A DNA stretch of 64,000 nt from Polyangiaceae bacterium (GTDB taxonomy: Bacteria > Myxococcota_A > Polyangia > Polyangiales > Polyangiaceae). How positions within the stretch are numbered: position 1 is the stretch's first letter; every line of letters begins with the position of its first letter. A model generated the notes under the pieces. It was not told the DNA's origin, searched no databases, and saw nothing but the letters and a program-made list of their open reading frames with translations. Below, piece after piece: positions 1 through 9,424 of the stretch. The stretch lies in NCBI GenBank assembly GCA_044376115.1, contig JBILLK010000010.1, positions 96,001 to 160,000 on the forward strand, written 5' to 3'. A program made the translations under genes and the position numbers.

Positions 1-800
1 CCTTTGTGCGAGTCACCTGCGCCGCGTTCCCAGGAGACACGCTCGAGCGGGAGCTGTTCGGGTACCGCAAAGGTTCCTTTCCGCAGGCGTTCGATGATCG
101 TGCCGGGCGCGCCGAGCTCGCGGATACGGGCACGCTCTTTTTGGAAGCACCGGGTGTTCCCAGCGCGTCGCTGCAAGCACGACTACTGCGCCTGGTTGAG
201 GAAGGCGTCGTTGAGCGCGTCGGTTCGACCGATTCGCAGCGAGTGGACGTTCGCCTCGTGCTTGCGGTCAACTCGGATCTAGCCTCCGCATGGCCGGAGG
301 TGCTGCCGGCGCTGGTGTCAAAGCTGGACGTCTTCCCAATCAGGATTCCGCCACTGGCAGAGCGGCGAGAAGACATCGTCCCGCTCGCTCATCATTACTT
401 GCGGAAGTACGGTCGACGTAACGCTCGGGCAGCCACGCAAATCAGCGCGAGTGCTGAGGCGATGTTGGCGCGAGCTGACTTCCCTGGGAACGCTCGGGAG
501 CTCGAGAACGTGATTGAGCGCGCGGCGATCTTGGCGCGCGGCGATGAAATTCTGCCGGAGCACCTGGCGTTTCGCACAGCCCGCCCAAGCCCTACCGTGG
601 CGCGTTCTGATCCTCCCAAGCTGGCGCCCGAGGATGCGACCAACCAAGCCCTGCCCGCACGACTCGAGGAAGTGGAGCGGCGAGAATTATTGGGGGCGCT
701 CGAAAAATGTGCCGGGAACAAGGCGGAAGTTGCGCGTTTGCTGGGCATTCAACGCACCACGCTGTACTACCGGCTCAAGCGACTCGGCATCGAAGGCTAG
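1..800 (+). CDS. Sigma54-activator (NtrC-type AAA+/Fis-HTH) family regulator, 5'-truncated by the window edge, with degenerate catalytic motifs
   Basis: LERELFG, LQARLLR, RIPPLAERREDI, FPGNARELENVIERA and a C-terminal GNKAEVARLLGIQRTTLYYRL HTH. GAFTGA reads GSFPQA and Walker B reads LFLEA. Confidence 0.9.
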   Translation, partial: FVRVTCAAFPGDTLERELFGYRKGSFPQAFDDRAGRAELADTGTLFLEAPGVPSASLQARLLRLVEEGVVERVGSTDSQRVDVRLVLAVNSDLASAWPEVLPALVSKLDVFPIRIPPLAERREDIVPLAHHYLRKYGRRNARAATQISASAEAMLARADFPGNARELENVIERAAILARGDEILPEHLAFRTARPSPTVARSDPPKLAPEDATNQALPARLEEVERRELLGALEKCAGNKAEVARLLGIQRTTLYYRLKRLGIEG

Positions 801-938
801 CTTGAGGAGGCGTCGAGCTAGGCTGGCTCGCAGCTCCTCGACACACCGGGAAACGGGCCACTTTCCGTTGTGAGTCGGCAGGAGGCAAGAAACTCGCTCC
901 CGAGTCCTGGCGCGACTAGTCTCTCGCCAGAGGCGAAG

Positions 939-1976
939 ATGCGGTTCTGGCCCTTTGGCAAAGACGAGGAAGCTCCTGCGGAGATTGAGTACGTCTCGCG
1001 CGTCGTAGCGGCGAAGGCAAAGGATGGCGCGGTAGTGCGGGCCAAGCTGCACTTGGTGTTCGAGTCTCCCGTTCCAGAGCAGCACGCTGAGCGCATCGTC
1101 GAGGCGGCACAAACGAATCTTCGGTTGCACTTTGAAGCCTCGGCGAGTGCCGACCTCTTGGGTGAAGAAGCAAGAGCAGGTGCGATCGTGATCGGAGCGC
1201 TGGGGGCGTCGGAGCGGGTTCGCAGCGCCGACGTCGTGGCGATTCACGTGGTTGGAGGTAGTGAGCCGCCGCGCCGAGCGAGGATGCCTTCGGCACCGTT
1301 TCTCGCCCCAGCCGGCGCTGGACCACAAACTCGCCGCCCGAGCTCCACGCAAATGCTGGCCGTTCGCGACTCACGGTTGATACCAGCTGGAGTCACAGCA
1401 GAGGGAGCTGGGCTCGCCCTCGTTCCGCTGTTCAAAGACGCCGCAATACGCATGCTGGTTGGCGTATTGCGCATGTACGATCTCATCATCGTGCGCGGAG
1501 TATCAGCGGCTGGCGGAGAGAACGACCTGGCAGAGGTTGTTCCCGTTTCCAGTGTTGCACCTGGTCTTTTCGAGTTCGAGAGGCGACCGGAACTTAGTCG
1601 CTGGGAGGACGTGCTTGGTACCAATCCCCTCGCGGCTCTGCGCGCCGAAGCGCAAGCCCTGGTTTGCTTCTGTCTTTGGCACGGGCTGCAAGAAACCGAG
1701 GTTGAAAAAGCCCTGGGACAAGCGGTGCTTGAGTCGGCGGCGCGGGCTGCCTTTCCTCAGAGTGACGCGCTGGATTTGTCTGCAGCCTATCAAGCCGGCC
1801 GAGAAGCGCCGGCGGGCCTGCTAGCAGTACGCGCACTCGTCGTGCTCTCACCGAGCAAGACAGACCTTCCGGCCGAAGAGTTCCAAGCGGCGCTCAGCTC
1901 GCTCTTAGCAACGATCCAAGCCGACTTCACCTTCGCCGCCGAGCAAGTGAAGATCGGCCGCATAAGGCTTGGCTAG
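939..1976 (+). CDS. Hypothetical protein
   Basis: Long ORF with protein-like composition. ATG at 939 (MRFWPFGK) preferred. Converges on the aminotransferase stop. Confidence 0.65.
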   Translation: MRFWPFGKDEEAPAEIEYVSRVVAAKAKDGAVVRAKLHLVFESPVPEQHAERIVEAAQTNLRLHFEASASADLLGEEARAGAIVIGALGASERVRSADVVAIHVVGGSEPPRRARMPSAPFLAPAGAGPQTRRPSSTQMLAVRDSRLIPAGVTAEGAGLALVPLFKDAAIRMLVGVLRMYDLIIVRGVSAAGGENDLAEVVPVSSVAPGLFEFERRPELSRWEDVLGTNPLAALRAEAQALVCFCLWHGLQETEVEKALGQAVLESAARAAFPQSDALDLSAAYQAGREAPAGLLAVRALVVLSPSKTDLPAEEFQAALSSLLATIQADFTFAAEQVKIGRIRLG

Positions 1977-1977
1977 C

Positions 1978-3198
1978 TCACAGCGCGAGTACGTGCTCGA
2001 GCGTCAGAACAACCTGGTCCGCCTCGTCGACGGCGTTGGGCCAGTGCGGCGAGAAGCGCAGTACACCGTCGGGAACGGCGCAGGCCACCCCTTGCGCGAC
2101 AATGCCACGGTAGAGCGCCCGCACGTCTTTGCCCAACGGCGGCAACAGACACAGCGAACCGCTCCGTGACGAGGGCTGGCTCGCGCGGAGTGAGCGATAT
2201 CCCAGTTCGAGTGCTCGCTCCTCGATCGCATCGTGAACGAGCTGCACGTGGGCGAAGATGCTCTCAACGCCCAAATGCTGCAGCGCCGAGAGGCCCGCCT
2301 CCAAAGCGGCGAAGGAGATCGTGCTGACGTTGCCGACCTCCAAGAAGGACAGTTCATCGCGAACCGGCTTGTCGTAGCGCAGGAAACCGGGGCCCTCGAA
2401 CAGGAAGTCCACCGGCTCTTCGTGGCTCAACCAACCAGCGAGCGAGCGACCGAGGTGGGCAAATGCGGCCGCCGAAGCGTACAGGAACCCCGCCCCCTCG
2501 GTGCCCATCAACCACTTGTGTGAACCGCTCGCGAGGAAGTCGATCCGAGCGCTGCGAACATCCAAGGGGACGACTCCGCATGCCTGCACGGCGTCAACGA
2601 AGAGCAGCGCGCCATGCTGGTGACAGAGCGAGGCCATTTCAGCGAGCGGCATGCGAAAGCCCGTCTGAAACTGTACTGCGCTCACTGCAACGAGCCGCAC
2701 GCCACCGCGCTCTAGCACTACGCGCAGCTGGTGCAGCGCGGCTTCCTGATCCTGCAGGTAGAGGCGACCATCGAGCATGGTGAGCGCGAGCGAGTGCTTT
2801 TGTGCGGCCATCTGCCAGGGCGTCACGTTCGCCGGAAATTCTCCGTCGAAGACGATCACCCCATCTCCAGCCTTCCACTCGAGCAACTGCGCGACGGCGA
2901 TCACTCCGTTCGTCGTGTTCGACATCAGCGCGAGTTCACTTGCGTCTGCACCGATCAAGCGCGCTAGCGATTGCTTGAGCCGCTGCCGCTGATCGATCCA
3001 ATGAGGAAAGGCACCAGCCCCGAGCTTCGCGTAGTCGAGCAAGGCCGTGTTGACGGCCTTCTTGACGAGGATGCTCGGCGGAGAAATCCCCGCGTGGTTC
3101 ATGTAGACGAGCGGCTCGAGGCCCGAGAACAGGTCGCGATTACCAAGCACCGGACGCAACTCCGGCACGTTCGGGAACAGCGCCGGGGCTGAGCTCAT
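1978..3198 (-). CDS. PLP-dependent aminotransferase class V family protein
   Basis: YMNHAGISP, NTTNG, VDAVQACG, SGSHKWLMG (PLP lysine), LRFSPH. ATG at 3198 overlaps the prfC TGA (ATGA). Confidence 0.9.
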   Translation of the reverse strand: MSSAPALFPNVPELRPVLGNRDLFSGLEPLVYMNHAGISPPSILVKKAVNTALLDYAKLGAGAFPHWIDQRQRLKQSLARLIGADASELALMSNTTNGVIAVAQLLEWKAGDGVIVFDGEFPANVTPWQMAAQKHSLALTMLDGRLYLQDQEAALHQLRVVLERGGVRLVAVSAVQFQTGFRMPLAEMASLCHQHGALLFVDAVQACGVVPLDVRSARIDFLASGSHKWLMGTEGAGFLYASAAAFAHLGRSLAGWLSHEEPVDFLFEGPGFLRYDKPVRDELSFLEVGNVSTISFAALEAGLSALQHLGVESIFAHVQLVHDAIEERALELGYRSLRASQPSSRSGSLCLLPPLGKDVRALYRGIVAQGVACAVPDGVLRFSPHWPNAVDEADQVVLTLEHVLAL

Positions 3199-4802
3199 TC
3201 GACCTTGGGGGCGCTCGAGCCCAGTTCTACGAAGCGCGAGTTCGGAAACGCCTTTGCACAGGTTTCGAGCTGCCACTCACCCTTGAAAAGCACCACCGGA
3301 GCACCGTGAATATCGCGCGCGCCGTAGCCAAACAGCAGTGACTCCAGGCGTGACAGCGGAACTTCTTCGCCTTCGACCCAGCGAGCGAGTTGGAAGCTCA
3401 TCCGCTCCATGCGGCAATCCACGCCGTACTCCGCCTGCAAACGATGCTTTACGACATCGAATTGCAGCTCTCCGACCGCGCCCACAATCGACTCGCCTTC
3501 ACGACCCTCCGGTGGACGGAACAGCTGAATCGACCCTTCTTGAGCAAGCTGGTCCAAACCCTTCTTCAGCTGCTTGCGCTTCATCGGGTCGAGCATGACG
3601 ACCCGCCCGAAATGCTCCGGCGGGAACTGAGGAAGCGCGTCATAGTTGAAGGCGCCGCCGTCGGTCAGCGTGTCTCCGATGAGGAAGATGCCTGGATCGA
3701 ACACGCCAATGATGTCGCCGGCAAAGCCGTCGTCCACCACACTGCGATCTTGCGCCAAAAATTGGGTGGGGTTCGAGAGGCGAATCTCCCGGCCGAGTCG
3801 GACGTGCGACAGCTTCATCCCGCGCTCGTACTTGCCGGAGCAAACGCGCAGAAACGCCATACGATCCCGGTGTGCGCGATCCATGTTTGCCTGGATCTTG
3901 AATACGAACGCAGAGAAACGTGTGTCATCAGGAGGGATGTCGCCCTTGTCACTATGCCGAGGCGCGGGCAAAGGCATCATCGATACGAAGGCGTCGAGGA
4001 ACTGAGGCAGGCCGAAGTTGGTAAGCGCGCTGCCGAAGAACATCGGCGTAACCTCGCCACGCGCTAAGCGCCCTTCATCGAGTGCATCGCCAGCCGCGTC
4101 CAGCAGCTCAAGTTCGGAAAGCAACGACTTGATGGTCGCCGGCTCCAGCTCGGCTAGTAACTGCTCATCCTCCAAGCGAAACACACGCTCCGGTGCCTTC
4201 TCGGCGCCATGCGCAACCTGGTCGAAAAGGAAGACACGCTTTTCGATCCGGTGATAGACGCCCCGAAACTTACCGCTCTCGATGATCGGCCAGGTCATTG
4301 GGTAGACACCGATCCCGAGCACGTCCTCCACCTCTCCGACGATGTCGAAAGGGTCTCGGCTTGGGCGATCCATCTTGTTGACGAAGGTGAAGATGGGCAT
4401 CTTCCGCATCTTGCAAACACGGAAGAGCTTGCGCGTCTGTGTTTCAACGCCCTTGGCTGAATCGAGCAACATGACGGCAGCATCCGTCGCGACGATGGCG
4501 CGGTAGGTGTCTTCGCTGAAGTCAGCGTGACCTGGAGTGTCGACCAGGTTGAGCAGCCGACCGTCGTAGGGGAACTGCAGCACGCTGGACACGATCGAAA
4601 TGCCGCGCTCACGCTCCATCTCCATCCAGTCGCTGACCGCGTGTGCGCGGGCCTTCTTGGCTTTCACGGCTCCAGCGAGCTGAATCGCACCTCCATAGAG
4701 CAACAGCTTCTCAGTGAGAGTGGTCTTGCCCGCGTCGGGGTGGGAGATGATCGCGAAGGTCTTGCGCTTCAACGCTTCGCGACGAATGTCGGGGCTCTGC
4801 AT
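3195..4802 (-). CDS. prfC: Peptide chain release factor 3
   Basis: TFAIISHPDAGKTTLTEKLLLYGGAI, SDWMEMERERGISI, DTPGHADFSEDTYR, FKIQANMD, GAVGELQFDV. Confidence 0.97.
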   Translation of the reverse strand: MQSPDIRREALKRKTFAIISHPDAGKTTLTEKLLLYGGAIQLAGAVKAKKARAHAVSDWMEMERERGISIVSSVLQFPYDGRLLNLVDTPGHADFSEDTYRAIVATDAAVMLLDSAKGVETQTRKLFRVCKMRKMPIFTFVNKMDRPSRDPFDIVGEVEDVLGIGVYPMTWPIIESGKFRGVYHRIEKRVFLFDQVAHGAEKAPERVFRLEDEQLLAELEPATIKSLLSELELLDAAGDALDEGRLARGEVTPMFFGSALTNFGLPQFLDAFVSMMPLPAPRHSDKGDIPPDDTRFSAFVFKIQANMDRAHRDRMAFLRVCSGKYERGMKLSHVRLGREIRLSNPTQFLAQDRSVVDDGFAGDIIGVFDPGIFLIGDTLTDGGAFNYDALPQFPPEHFGRVVMLDPMKRKQLKKGLDQLAQEGSIQLFRPPEGREGESIVGAVGELQFDVVKHRLQAEYGVDCRMERMSFQLARWVEGEEVPLSRLESLLFGYGARDIHGAPVVLFKGEWQLETCAKAFPNSRFVELGSSAPKVE

Positions 4803-4845
4803 AATGGCTCGAAAGGCGCGCGACACTAGCACGCTCGCACAAAGA

Positions 4846-4879
4846 GAGAAAAGGCGAGCCGCAAGGCCCGCCTTTTCTC
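4846..4879. terminator. Intrinsic terminator downstream of pilQ (possibly bidirectional)
   Basis: GAGAAAAGGCG-agccgcaaggcc-CGCCTTTTCTC inverted repeat with A and T tracts, starting 19 bp after the pilQ stop. Confidence 0.8.
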
Positions 4880-4897
4880 AAGACCGCTCCCGGGGAC

Positions 4898-7309
4898 TTA
4901 TCGGCCCAAGGACTCGGCGCGATTGACGATCCGGGGCGTGATGAAGATCACGAGCTCGGAACGTTGGTCGCTCGTTTGGCGCTTCTGGAACAGCACTCCA
5001 AGAATCGGGATGTCCCCCAGCACCGGAACCTGCGAGAGGCTCCGCGATGCGTTGCGCGTGTAGATACCGCCGATGACTGCCGTGTGACCATCTTGCACCA
5101 ACAGCTCGGTCTCTACGTCGCGCTTGAGGATGGTCGGGTCACCGCGAGCACCACGATTACCGAAGTCGGGCTCGTCTCGATTGATCTTCACTTCAAGCGA
5201 AACGCTGCCGTCTGCGGTCACGTGCGGCTTCACGAGCAGCTGCAGTTTGGCCTCTTGGAAGACCGTCTGCACGCCCTGAGCACTAACCTGGGAAAACGGA
5301 ATCAACGTGCCCTGGGAGATACGCGCCTGCTTGTTGTCCAAGGTGAGCACGCGGGGGCTGGACACGATGCGCACCATACCGCTGGATTCGGCGGCAGATA
5401 GCCTCACGCTCAAGTTGAATAGGTTGTTGATTGAGCCAAAGGTGAACCCGAGCGCACCACCGGTGCCGGCGCCCGTGGCGGCCGGGAGGTTGACTGCGAA
5501 GTTGGGACTGCTGACTGAGTTCTCGGTAGGCGAAAGCCCGTCCGTAGGAGCCGCCGCGTCATCTGCAGCACCAAAGATGCCGACCGAGTTGGGAAAAGCG
5601 AGGCCGGTGTCCACACCAGTCGACTGACCAAGGAAGGAACCACCACCCCACTGAATGCCGAGCTCGCGATTGAATCGACTCGAGGCTTCAACGATGCGAG
5701 CCTCGATCAAGACCTGCGGGGTTTGCGTATCCAACGCGCGAACCAGCTCCTCGATTTGGTTGAGGTTGCCCGTAACGTCTCTTGCGATGATGACGTTGGT
5801 TCGCTCGTCCACCGACAAGGTACCGCGCGGGGAGAGCAACTCGCCTCCACGTGCGACCATGTCGCCGGCTTCAGCGTAGCTGACTGGAATCAAGCGGGTC
5901 TCGAGCGGTGCAAGCTGGAATTCGCTCTGACGTCGGGCGAGCGCGAGTTCCCGCTCCTTGTTCAGCTCGGCCAACAGCGCAACACGAACCAAGTTGCCTT
6001 TGCGAACCATGCCGAGGCCTTTGGCCTGAAGCACCGTCTCGAGAGCTTGGTCCCACGGCACGTTACGCATGCGAATGGTGACGGAGCCGGAGACGTTGTC
6101 CGCCGTGATCACGTTGATGCGGCCGACGTCGGCGAGCAGCCGAAGTACGTCGTGAATGTCGGCGTCTTTGAGATCCAGGTCTAGCCGCCTGCCGCCGCTC
6201 GCTGCCTTGGTCGGATCGGTGTTGTTCTGCACCTGCCCAGCCATGCCAGGTAGAAAGGCGTCGGCCTGGTCCGGTTCAACCTCGGAGACGTCCCCGATGC
6301 TAGTCTCGACGGTCGGAAGCTCGTAGGCGGCTTCACGCGCCACTGTCTTGGTCTTCCGAGCGACGCCGCCGTCCTGCCCCTTGCCGCTCTCGCTCGACTC
6401 AAAGCCGTTCTTAGCGATGGTGCAAACGAGCTGATTCCCCTCGCGCGACAGTTGGTGAGCCGCCCCGGGTAGACGATCGATTTCGATTATGACCTTGCCG
6501 GGATTTGCCTTGTCACGGAATGACGAAACAGATGTGACAGCGCCACCGAAGGCCGAAACATCGAGCGTACGTTCAAGCGACTTGGGAAGGCGAGCATCGA
6601 CCTGGATGCGCAACTTCCCCTTGCTTGAGCTCTCGACAAACTTGGCGTCCTTGTCGATCTCGATCACGACCCGATCGCGTTCGGATGCGAAGCTATAGCG
6701 CACGTCACGAATTGATGCCGCGCCCTTGCTTTCCGCCTTGGCGGGTTCGGCAGACGGCTTCACCTCGTTGGCGAGGGGCCCCGTCTTGTCAGCGGAGAGC
6801 AACTCCACGACGAGCCCGTCTTCTTCACGACGGATCGAGTAGGAGGCGTTGTGAGCCAACTGGATCAGCACGCGAGTAACCGCTGGATCCGAGAAGGATT
6901 GCGTCATCACGCCAGAGACCACAGCGTTACCTTCGACGATCGCCGAGGGAGCACCGGACACGACGCTCTCAGGGAGGTCGAGAATGATGCGTTTTCCACC
7001 TTCAGCGACCCGAGCCGTGTACGTCGACGTTCCGCTCGTCTTGATGACGATGCGGGCGGCTCCGGCCTTAGGCGCGCTGAGAGCGATGTCAGTTACTTTC
7101 AGCGTCGCTTGTTGGGCAAACGCAGGTAGGGACAGGAACGTGGAGAGAACCCACACGCTCCATCCGACGACGAGTGTTCGAAACCGGGCTCGCCTTCTCA
7201 GGACCGCGCTCGCTCTTGCGAGAGCGCTCCCCGAAGCGCCCGTATTGGGGCTTCCTGGAGCGGCCGGCTCACTCGCACCGCCGGCCCAACTTTTGGTAGG
7301 GCTTTTCAT
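4898..7309 (-). CDS. pilQ: Type IV pilus secretin PilQ (AMIN domains + secretin)
   Basis: LDLDLKDADIHDVLRLLA, VPWDQALETVL, QVLIEARIVEA, VPVLGDIPILGVLF, ELVIFITPRIV. Last gene of pilMNOPQ. True start may lie slightly downstream. Confidence 0.96.
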   Translation of the reverse strand: MKSPTKSWAGGASEPAAPGSPNTGASGSALARASAVLRRRARFRTLVVGWSVWVLSTFLSLPAFAQQATLKVTDIALSAPKAGAARIVIKTSGTSTYTARVAEGGKRIILDLPESVVSGAPSAIVEGNAVVSGVMTQSFSDPAVTRVLIQLAHNASYSIRREEDGLVVELLSADKTGPLANEVKPSAEPAKAESKGAASIRDVRYSFASERDRVVIEIDKDAKFVESSSKGKLRIQVDARLPKSLERTLDVSAFGGAVTSVSSFRDKANPGKVIIEIDRLPGAAHQLSREGNQLVCTIAKNGFESSESGKGQDGGVARKTKTVAREAAYELPTVETSIGDVSEVEPDQADAFLPGMAGQVQNNTDPTKAASGGRRLDLDLKDADIHDVLRLLADVGRINVITADNVSGSVTIRMRNVPWDQALETVLQAKGLGMVRKGNLVRVALLAELNKERELALARRQSEFQLAPLETRLIPVSYAEAGDMVARGGELLSPRGTLSVDERTNVIIARDVTGNLNQIEELVRALDTQTPQVLIEARIVEASSRFNRELGIQWGGGSFLGQSTGVDTGLAFPNSVGIFGAADDAAAPTDGLSPTENSVSSPNFAVNLPAATGAGTGGALGFTFGSINNLFNLSVRLSAAESSGMVRIVSSPRVLTLDNKQARISQGTLIPFSQVSAQGVQTVFQEAKLQLLVKPHVTADGSVSLEVKINRDEPDFGNRGARGDPTILKRDVETELLVQDGHTAVIGGIYTRNASRSLSQVPVLGDIPILGVLFQKRQTSDQRSELVIFITPRIVNRAESLGR

Positions 7310-7396
7310 TGCCAGTCGATGCTAGGACCGCAAGTCGTTTCGGGCCCAATTTTCGGTGCCGATCGTCGCGTCGTAAACGCACGCGACAAACGCGCA

Positions 7397-7440
7397 CAGA
7401 ACGAAGCAAGCCGCCCAAAGGGGCGGCTGACTTCGTTCTG
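7397..7440 (-). terminator. Long hairpin between pilP and pilQ (terminator or mRNA-stabilising stem)
   Basis: CAGAACGAAG-ca-AGCCGCCC-aaag-GGGCGGCT-ga-CTTCGTTCTG. Minus-strand tail is TGCGCGTTTGT. Confidence 0.6.
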
Positions 7441-7453
7441 CCGTTCGTAAAGC

Positions 7454-8143
7454 TCAGCCTTTTGAGGCGCCAGCACTCGAAGCGGGCGGCGCTTCGTCGG
7501 GGCGTGTGCCACGAATGCCCGTCCGAATCTCCTGCTTCAGCTCCTCCGGACTACGCATCGAGATCACGCGCGTTGTCGCAGGGGTCGACGGGTCTGGACT
7601 CTCACGAATAAAGACAACGTCATTTTGCCGAATGCGGTCCAGGCGCCAGTGCACAGGAACCGTCGTTCCCTGCCCGCCTCGTACGCCCTCCTCGCGACCC
7701 ACAAAGTCCCCAACTCGCAAGACCCAACCTAGTCCCGTTGGATCCTGAACCAGAACTCGAGCGACGGTGCCGGTCACGATGCCGACAATCTTCAGCTCCT
7801 CGAGGGCGTACTTTCCGACCAAGACCTCTTGCTTGTCGCTGGAGGTCTCCGAAGGAAGGGGCGCGTCGATTTGTTCGGTGAAGTTCTTGAAGGGGTCGCG
7901 ATTCGCCGGGGATTCCTGAAAGTCGCGCTCCGCGAAGTCTGCGACCGGAAGAGGCGGTAAGTCAGAAGGCCCAGCAGCAGCGCTCTTCGCCGCCTGGGGA
8001 TCTGCACCAGCCTCAGCGCCGGGTTGCGCGGGTGCAGAAGGAGGGGCCGGAGGCGCCTCGTCCTCGCAGGCAATCACGCCGAAAGGGAGAGCAAGCAGAA
8101 TTGCGAGCGCGAAGCGTTTCCACCGAAGGTTGAGTTGTTTCAT
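7454..8143 (-). CDS. pilP: Type IV pilus lipoprotein PilP
   Basis: Lipobox VIAC, RDPF motif, YALEELKIVGIV, VRVLVQDPTG-like strand and VGDFVG. ATGA overlap with the pilO stop. Confidence 0.9.
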   Translation of the reverse strand: MKQLNLRWKRFALAILLALPFGVIACEDEAPPAPPSAPAQPGAEAGADPQAAKSAAAGPSDLPPLPVADFAERDFQESPANRDPFKNFTEQIDAPLPSETSSDKQEVLVGKYALEELKIVGIVTGTVARVLVQDPTGLGWVLRVGDFVGREEGVRGGQGTTVPVHWRLDRIRQNDVVFIRESPDPSTPATTRVISMRSPEELKQEIRTGIRGTRPDEAPPASSAGASKG

Positions 8144-8754
8144 TTTCGTCGACCTGCCTTTGAGCCGCCCGTCTCGCCGGCCTTCTTCGCTCGGAATGCC
8201 GTTGCGAGGCACTTCACATCAAGCATCACTTCGCGTGTCACCGGGTCGGTCGTTTGGGTGATCTGGATGTCCTCGATGTTGATCACACGATCGAGTTGCC
8301 CCACCCCGAAGAGGAACCGCGCGACCTGGTGGAACCGCCCAACAAAGGACAGGGACATGGGCACACGGATGTAATACTCGTCCATCACTTCGTCTTGCGG
8401 CTGATAGGACGACAGCGACACCCCGCTGGTTGTCGCGACGCCCTGGACAGCGGCAAGGAAGGACGGCGTCTCAGCTTCGTCGGGGAGCACCTTTCGTTGC
8501 TCACGCTCCAGCTGTTGCCGGCGCGTCTTGTCCTCGAGATCTCGCTGATAGGCAATCTTGGCCTCTTCAGCCTTCTGAAGATCGCCGCGGAGCGTCTGCT
8601 CTGCAGCGATGGCTTGCGATATCTGTCCGTCGATATCGGCGAAGAAGACGATGAGGTAGACCGCCGCCACGATACCTGCCAGCAGGAAGCCCACGACGAT
8701 CTTGGCGGAGATGGACAGTCGCCCTAGCGGGCTTCCCGGTGCTCGCGGCGCCAT
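8140..8754 (-). CDS. pilO: Type IV pilus assembly protein PilO
   Basis: N-terminal TM, coiled coil, LPDEAETPSFL, GRFHQVARFL; position in the operon. Confidence 0.93.
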   Translation of the reverse strand: MAPRAPGSPLGRLSISAKIVVGFLLAGIVAAVYLIVFFADIDGQISQAIAAEQTLRGDLQKAEEAKIAYQRDLEDKTRRQQLEREQRKVLPDEAETPSFLAAVQGVATTSGVSLSSYQPQDEVMDEYYIRVPMSLSFVGRFHQVARFLFGVGQLDRVINIEDIQITQTTDPVTREVMLDVKCLATAFRAKKAGETGGSKAGRRK

Positions 8755-8755
8755 G

Positions 8756-9424
8756 TCAGTACCTCACCTTCAGTTGCATGCCAAAAGCGACGACCGAAAC
8801 GTTCTCTGCGGACTTGGGGCCAGCGGCGTCCTTGCGCCCTGGCAACAGCTTGACGTCGTAGAAGTACGACGAGGCCTTCAATCGATAAGCCAGCTCAGAG
8901 ACATCGGTTGAATCCCGGGCAAAGCCTGTGACCTCAACCACACGGCCCTTCTCTTTGAAGCTGCCGAGCCACACGCGATGCGGATCCCAACTAGGGTTGA
9001 TCGCCTGCAACGGGTTGTTCTTGGTTTGCTGCTGGAAGCGATCCGGGTCCACCGTGGGTCCCTTGCCTGGCGTCAGCATGCGCGAGAGTTCGAGCATCGC
9101 GGCCGTCGGCCCCGTCCTCGCCCCTTCGAGCTTTTGAATGGCCTGTTCACGGTCTTTCAGTAGCAGCAGGTCCTTCTTGACCTGCTCGTGTTGAACGACG
9201 AGCTGACGAATCGTCGCGATCTGCCCATCGAGCTCCGCGTTCTTCGCCATTTGCGTCTGCAAGTCCTTGGTCTTCGTTTGGTGGAAGAACAGGAAACCGA
9301 TGATCTCCAGCAGAACGACGCCGAGCACGACCAAGAGCCAGCGTTGTCCGCCGGAGCTCTCGGCGGCACCGCCGGCTGAACGCTCAGCACGTTTTTTCTG
9401 GGGTAATAAATTGACTCGAATCAC
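8756..9424 (-). CDS. pilN: Type IV pilus assembly protein PilN
   Basis: MIRVNLLP PilM-binding motif, TM helix, coiled coil. Confidence 0.95.
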   Translation of the reverse strand: MIRVNLLPQKKRAERSAGGAAESSGGQRWLLVVLGVVLLEIIGFLFFHQTKTKDLQTQMAKNAELDGQIATIRQLVVQHEQVKKDLLLLKDREQAIQKLEGARTGPTAAMLELSRMLTPGKGPTVDPDRFQQQTKNNPLQAINPSWDPHRVWLGSFKEKGRVVEVTGFARDSTDVSELAYRLKASSYFYDVKLLPGRKDAAGPKSAENVSVVAFGMQLKVRY

